Sequence record: DRR378314_391
DNA: 64,000 bases
Direction: 5' to 3' (one strand)
The position numbers and the translations under genes were made by a program. Each line of letters starts with the position of its first letter. The stretch's first letter is position 1. Shown here in pieces: positions 62,651-64,000 of the stretch. The notes under the pieces are model-generated. The model was not told where the DNA came from and ran no database searches. It saw only the letters and a program-made list of their open reading frames with translations.

Positions 62651-62781
62651 GGGAAAATCCGGGAATCTAATTGAAACAGCATATTAGGTTCGTGACGCGC
62701 TCACCTCAATCGCTTCATCCGGGCGCTTGACGTCGCGGGCATGACACGCCACCTCTGCGGCGCAACTGGAAGGAACAGCCC

Positions 62782-63018
62782 ATGGCCATGTCACGCGAGA
62801 CCCTGCTCGGTTATCTCACCGATGCGTTTCCTGAAGCGGAAATCACGCTGACTGACCTGTCGGGCGACGACAATCATTGGCAGGCCGAAATCGTGAGTCC
62901 CCAGTTTTCCGGCCTGAACCGCGTAAAACAGCACCAGCTAGTCTATGCTGCCCTCAAGGGCACGATGGGCGGCGAACTGCATGCCCTCGCCCTTAAGACC
63001 AAGGCGCCAGAATCCTGA
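62782..63018 (+). CDS. bolA: BolA family protein
   Basis: DL.GD..H, F.GLNRVKQHQLVY, LHAL. Confidence 0.93.
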   Translation: MAMSRETLLGYLTDAFPEAEITLTDLSGDDNHWQAEIVSPQFSGLNRVKQHQLVYAALKGTMGGELHALALKTKAPES

Positions 63019-63086
63019 CACCGGAACATTGACGAAAACGGCAGTTCGATATTGCTTCATCCGAAACCAAGGATGAGGAATTGCCC

Positions 63087-64000
63087 ATGAAACGCCTGAG
63101 CCTGACAACCAGCGCCATTGCGCTGAGCTTTGTTGTCGCCGCCTGTACGGCACCCGAGAAGAGTGAGGACGCCGCAACCGCCATGCCTGAGACGGTCGCG
63201 GAGATTACCGAAGCGCCTGATCATTCGGAAGAAATCGCCGCCGCCTACGCGTTTATGGAACGCGCCGAAGCGGAACTTGCCGCTCAGAGCCATATCGCAG
63301 CCCAAGCCTACTGGAACCAGGCCACGAACATTACGCCAGAAACGAACGCCGCCGCGGCGGAAGCTGGTGCCGCCTCTACGAAATTGGCTGTTTCACTGGC
63401 CAATGAGTCCAAGCAATTCGATGTCAGCGTCCTGCCAACGGAACTGGCGCGCAAATTCAACATGCTGCGCACTGGCATCACCATTCCCGCCCCATCTACT
63501 GCCGGTGCGGCAGAGGAATTGTCCCAGATCACCACACGACTCGACGCGACCTACAGCACGGGCCGCTACAAGCTGAAAGAGAACACGGACTCGGTCCTGA
63601 AATTGCTCGGCGACCTCAGTGAAGCGGAACGTGACGACATCGTCGAAAAAGGTCTGACGCTCGATCAGCTGTCCACGCTCATCGAGAACAATCGTGATCC
63701 TGAAGTGCTGAAGGAAGTCTGGGAAGGTTGGCGCACAATATCGCCGCCCATGAAGGGCGATTATGCGCGCATGGTCGACATCGCCAATGAGGGCGCCAAC
63801 GAATTGGGCTTCGAAAGCCTCGATCAGATGTGGCTGTCTGGCTATGACATGCCACCCGCGGACATGGAAGCAGAAGTCGAGCGACTTTGGAGCCAGGTGG
63901 AGCCACTGTACGAAGAGCTGCACTGCTATACGCGCGCGAAACTGAACGATGAATATGGCGATGACGTACAGCCACGCACCGGCCCGATCCGCGCTGACCT
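63087..64000 (+). CDS. M2 family (ACE-like) peptidyl-dipeptidase lipoprotein; 3' part outside the window
   Basis: Not in the ORF track. Manual translation MKRLSLTTSAIALSFVVAAC...W..ATNIT...WEGWR...NEGA.ELGF...LWSQVEPLYEELHCYTRAKL...GPIRAD; HEXXH lies beyond the window. Confidence 0.85.
   Translation, partial: MKRLSLTTSAIALSFVVAACTAPEKSEDAATAMPETVAEITEAPDHSEEIAAAYAFMERAEAELAAQSHIAAQAYWNQATNITPETNAAAAEAGAASTKLAVSLANESKQFDVSVLPTELARKFNMLRTGITIPAPSTAGAAEELSQITTRLDATYSTGRYKLKENTDSVLKLLGDLSEAERDDIVEKGLTLDQLSTLIENNRDPEVLKEVWEGWRTISPPMKGDYARMVDIANEGANELGFESLDQMWLSGYDMPPADMEAEVERLWSQVEPLYEELHCYTRAKLNDEYGDDVQPRTGPIRAD

Overview
High-GC alphaproteobacterial chromosome; the gene content suggests a Hyphomonadaceae/Caulobacterales-like marine organism (inference). 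Positions 1 to ~17.9 kb are one end of an integrative conjugative element inserted at the 3' end of guaA. It carries a truncated low-GC HlyD-type secretion gene, traG, an RHH regulator, a small cargo slot with a nuclease lipoprotein, trbBCDEJLFGI (no trbK or trbH), DUF2274, DUF736, an XRE-HipA toxin-antitoxin pair, alpA and a P4-like integrase with seven 8-bp repeats next to the att core. The rest is core chromosome: guaA, rsmB-like, guaB, rlmE, ppx, hspQ, hldE, pyrG, secG, tpiA, ppiD-like, trpEG/DC, lexA, comEC, gltX, gltA, purQ, purL, bolA. Interspersed accessory genes include a bacterial indoleamine 2,3-dioxygenase, a dodecin with a basic tail, a photolyase plus furan-fatty-acid-like operon behind a sigmaE-type promoter, EcfG-type promoter genes and an ACE-like M2 lipoprotein running off the right edge. 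No rRNA, tRNA or CRISPR array was seen. I cannot demonstrate a wholly new system. The best leads are the ICE cargo (T1SS at the left edge, microprotein/nuclease slot) and the phr-ufaDOM-like operon. All family calls come from motif recognition by eye, not database searches.
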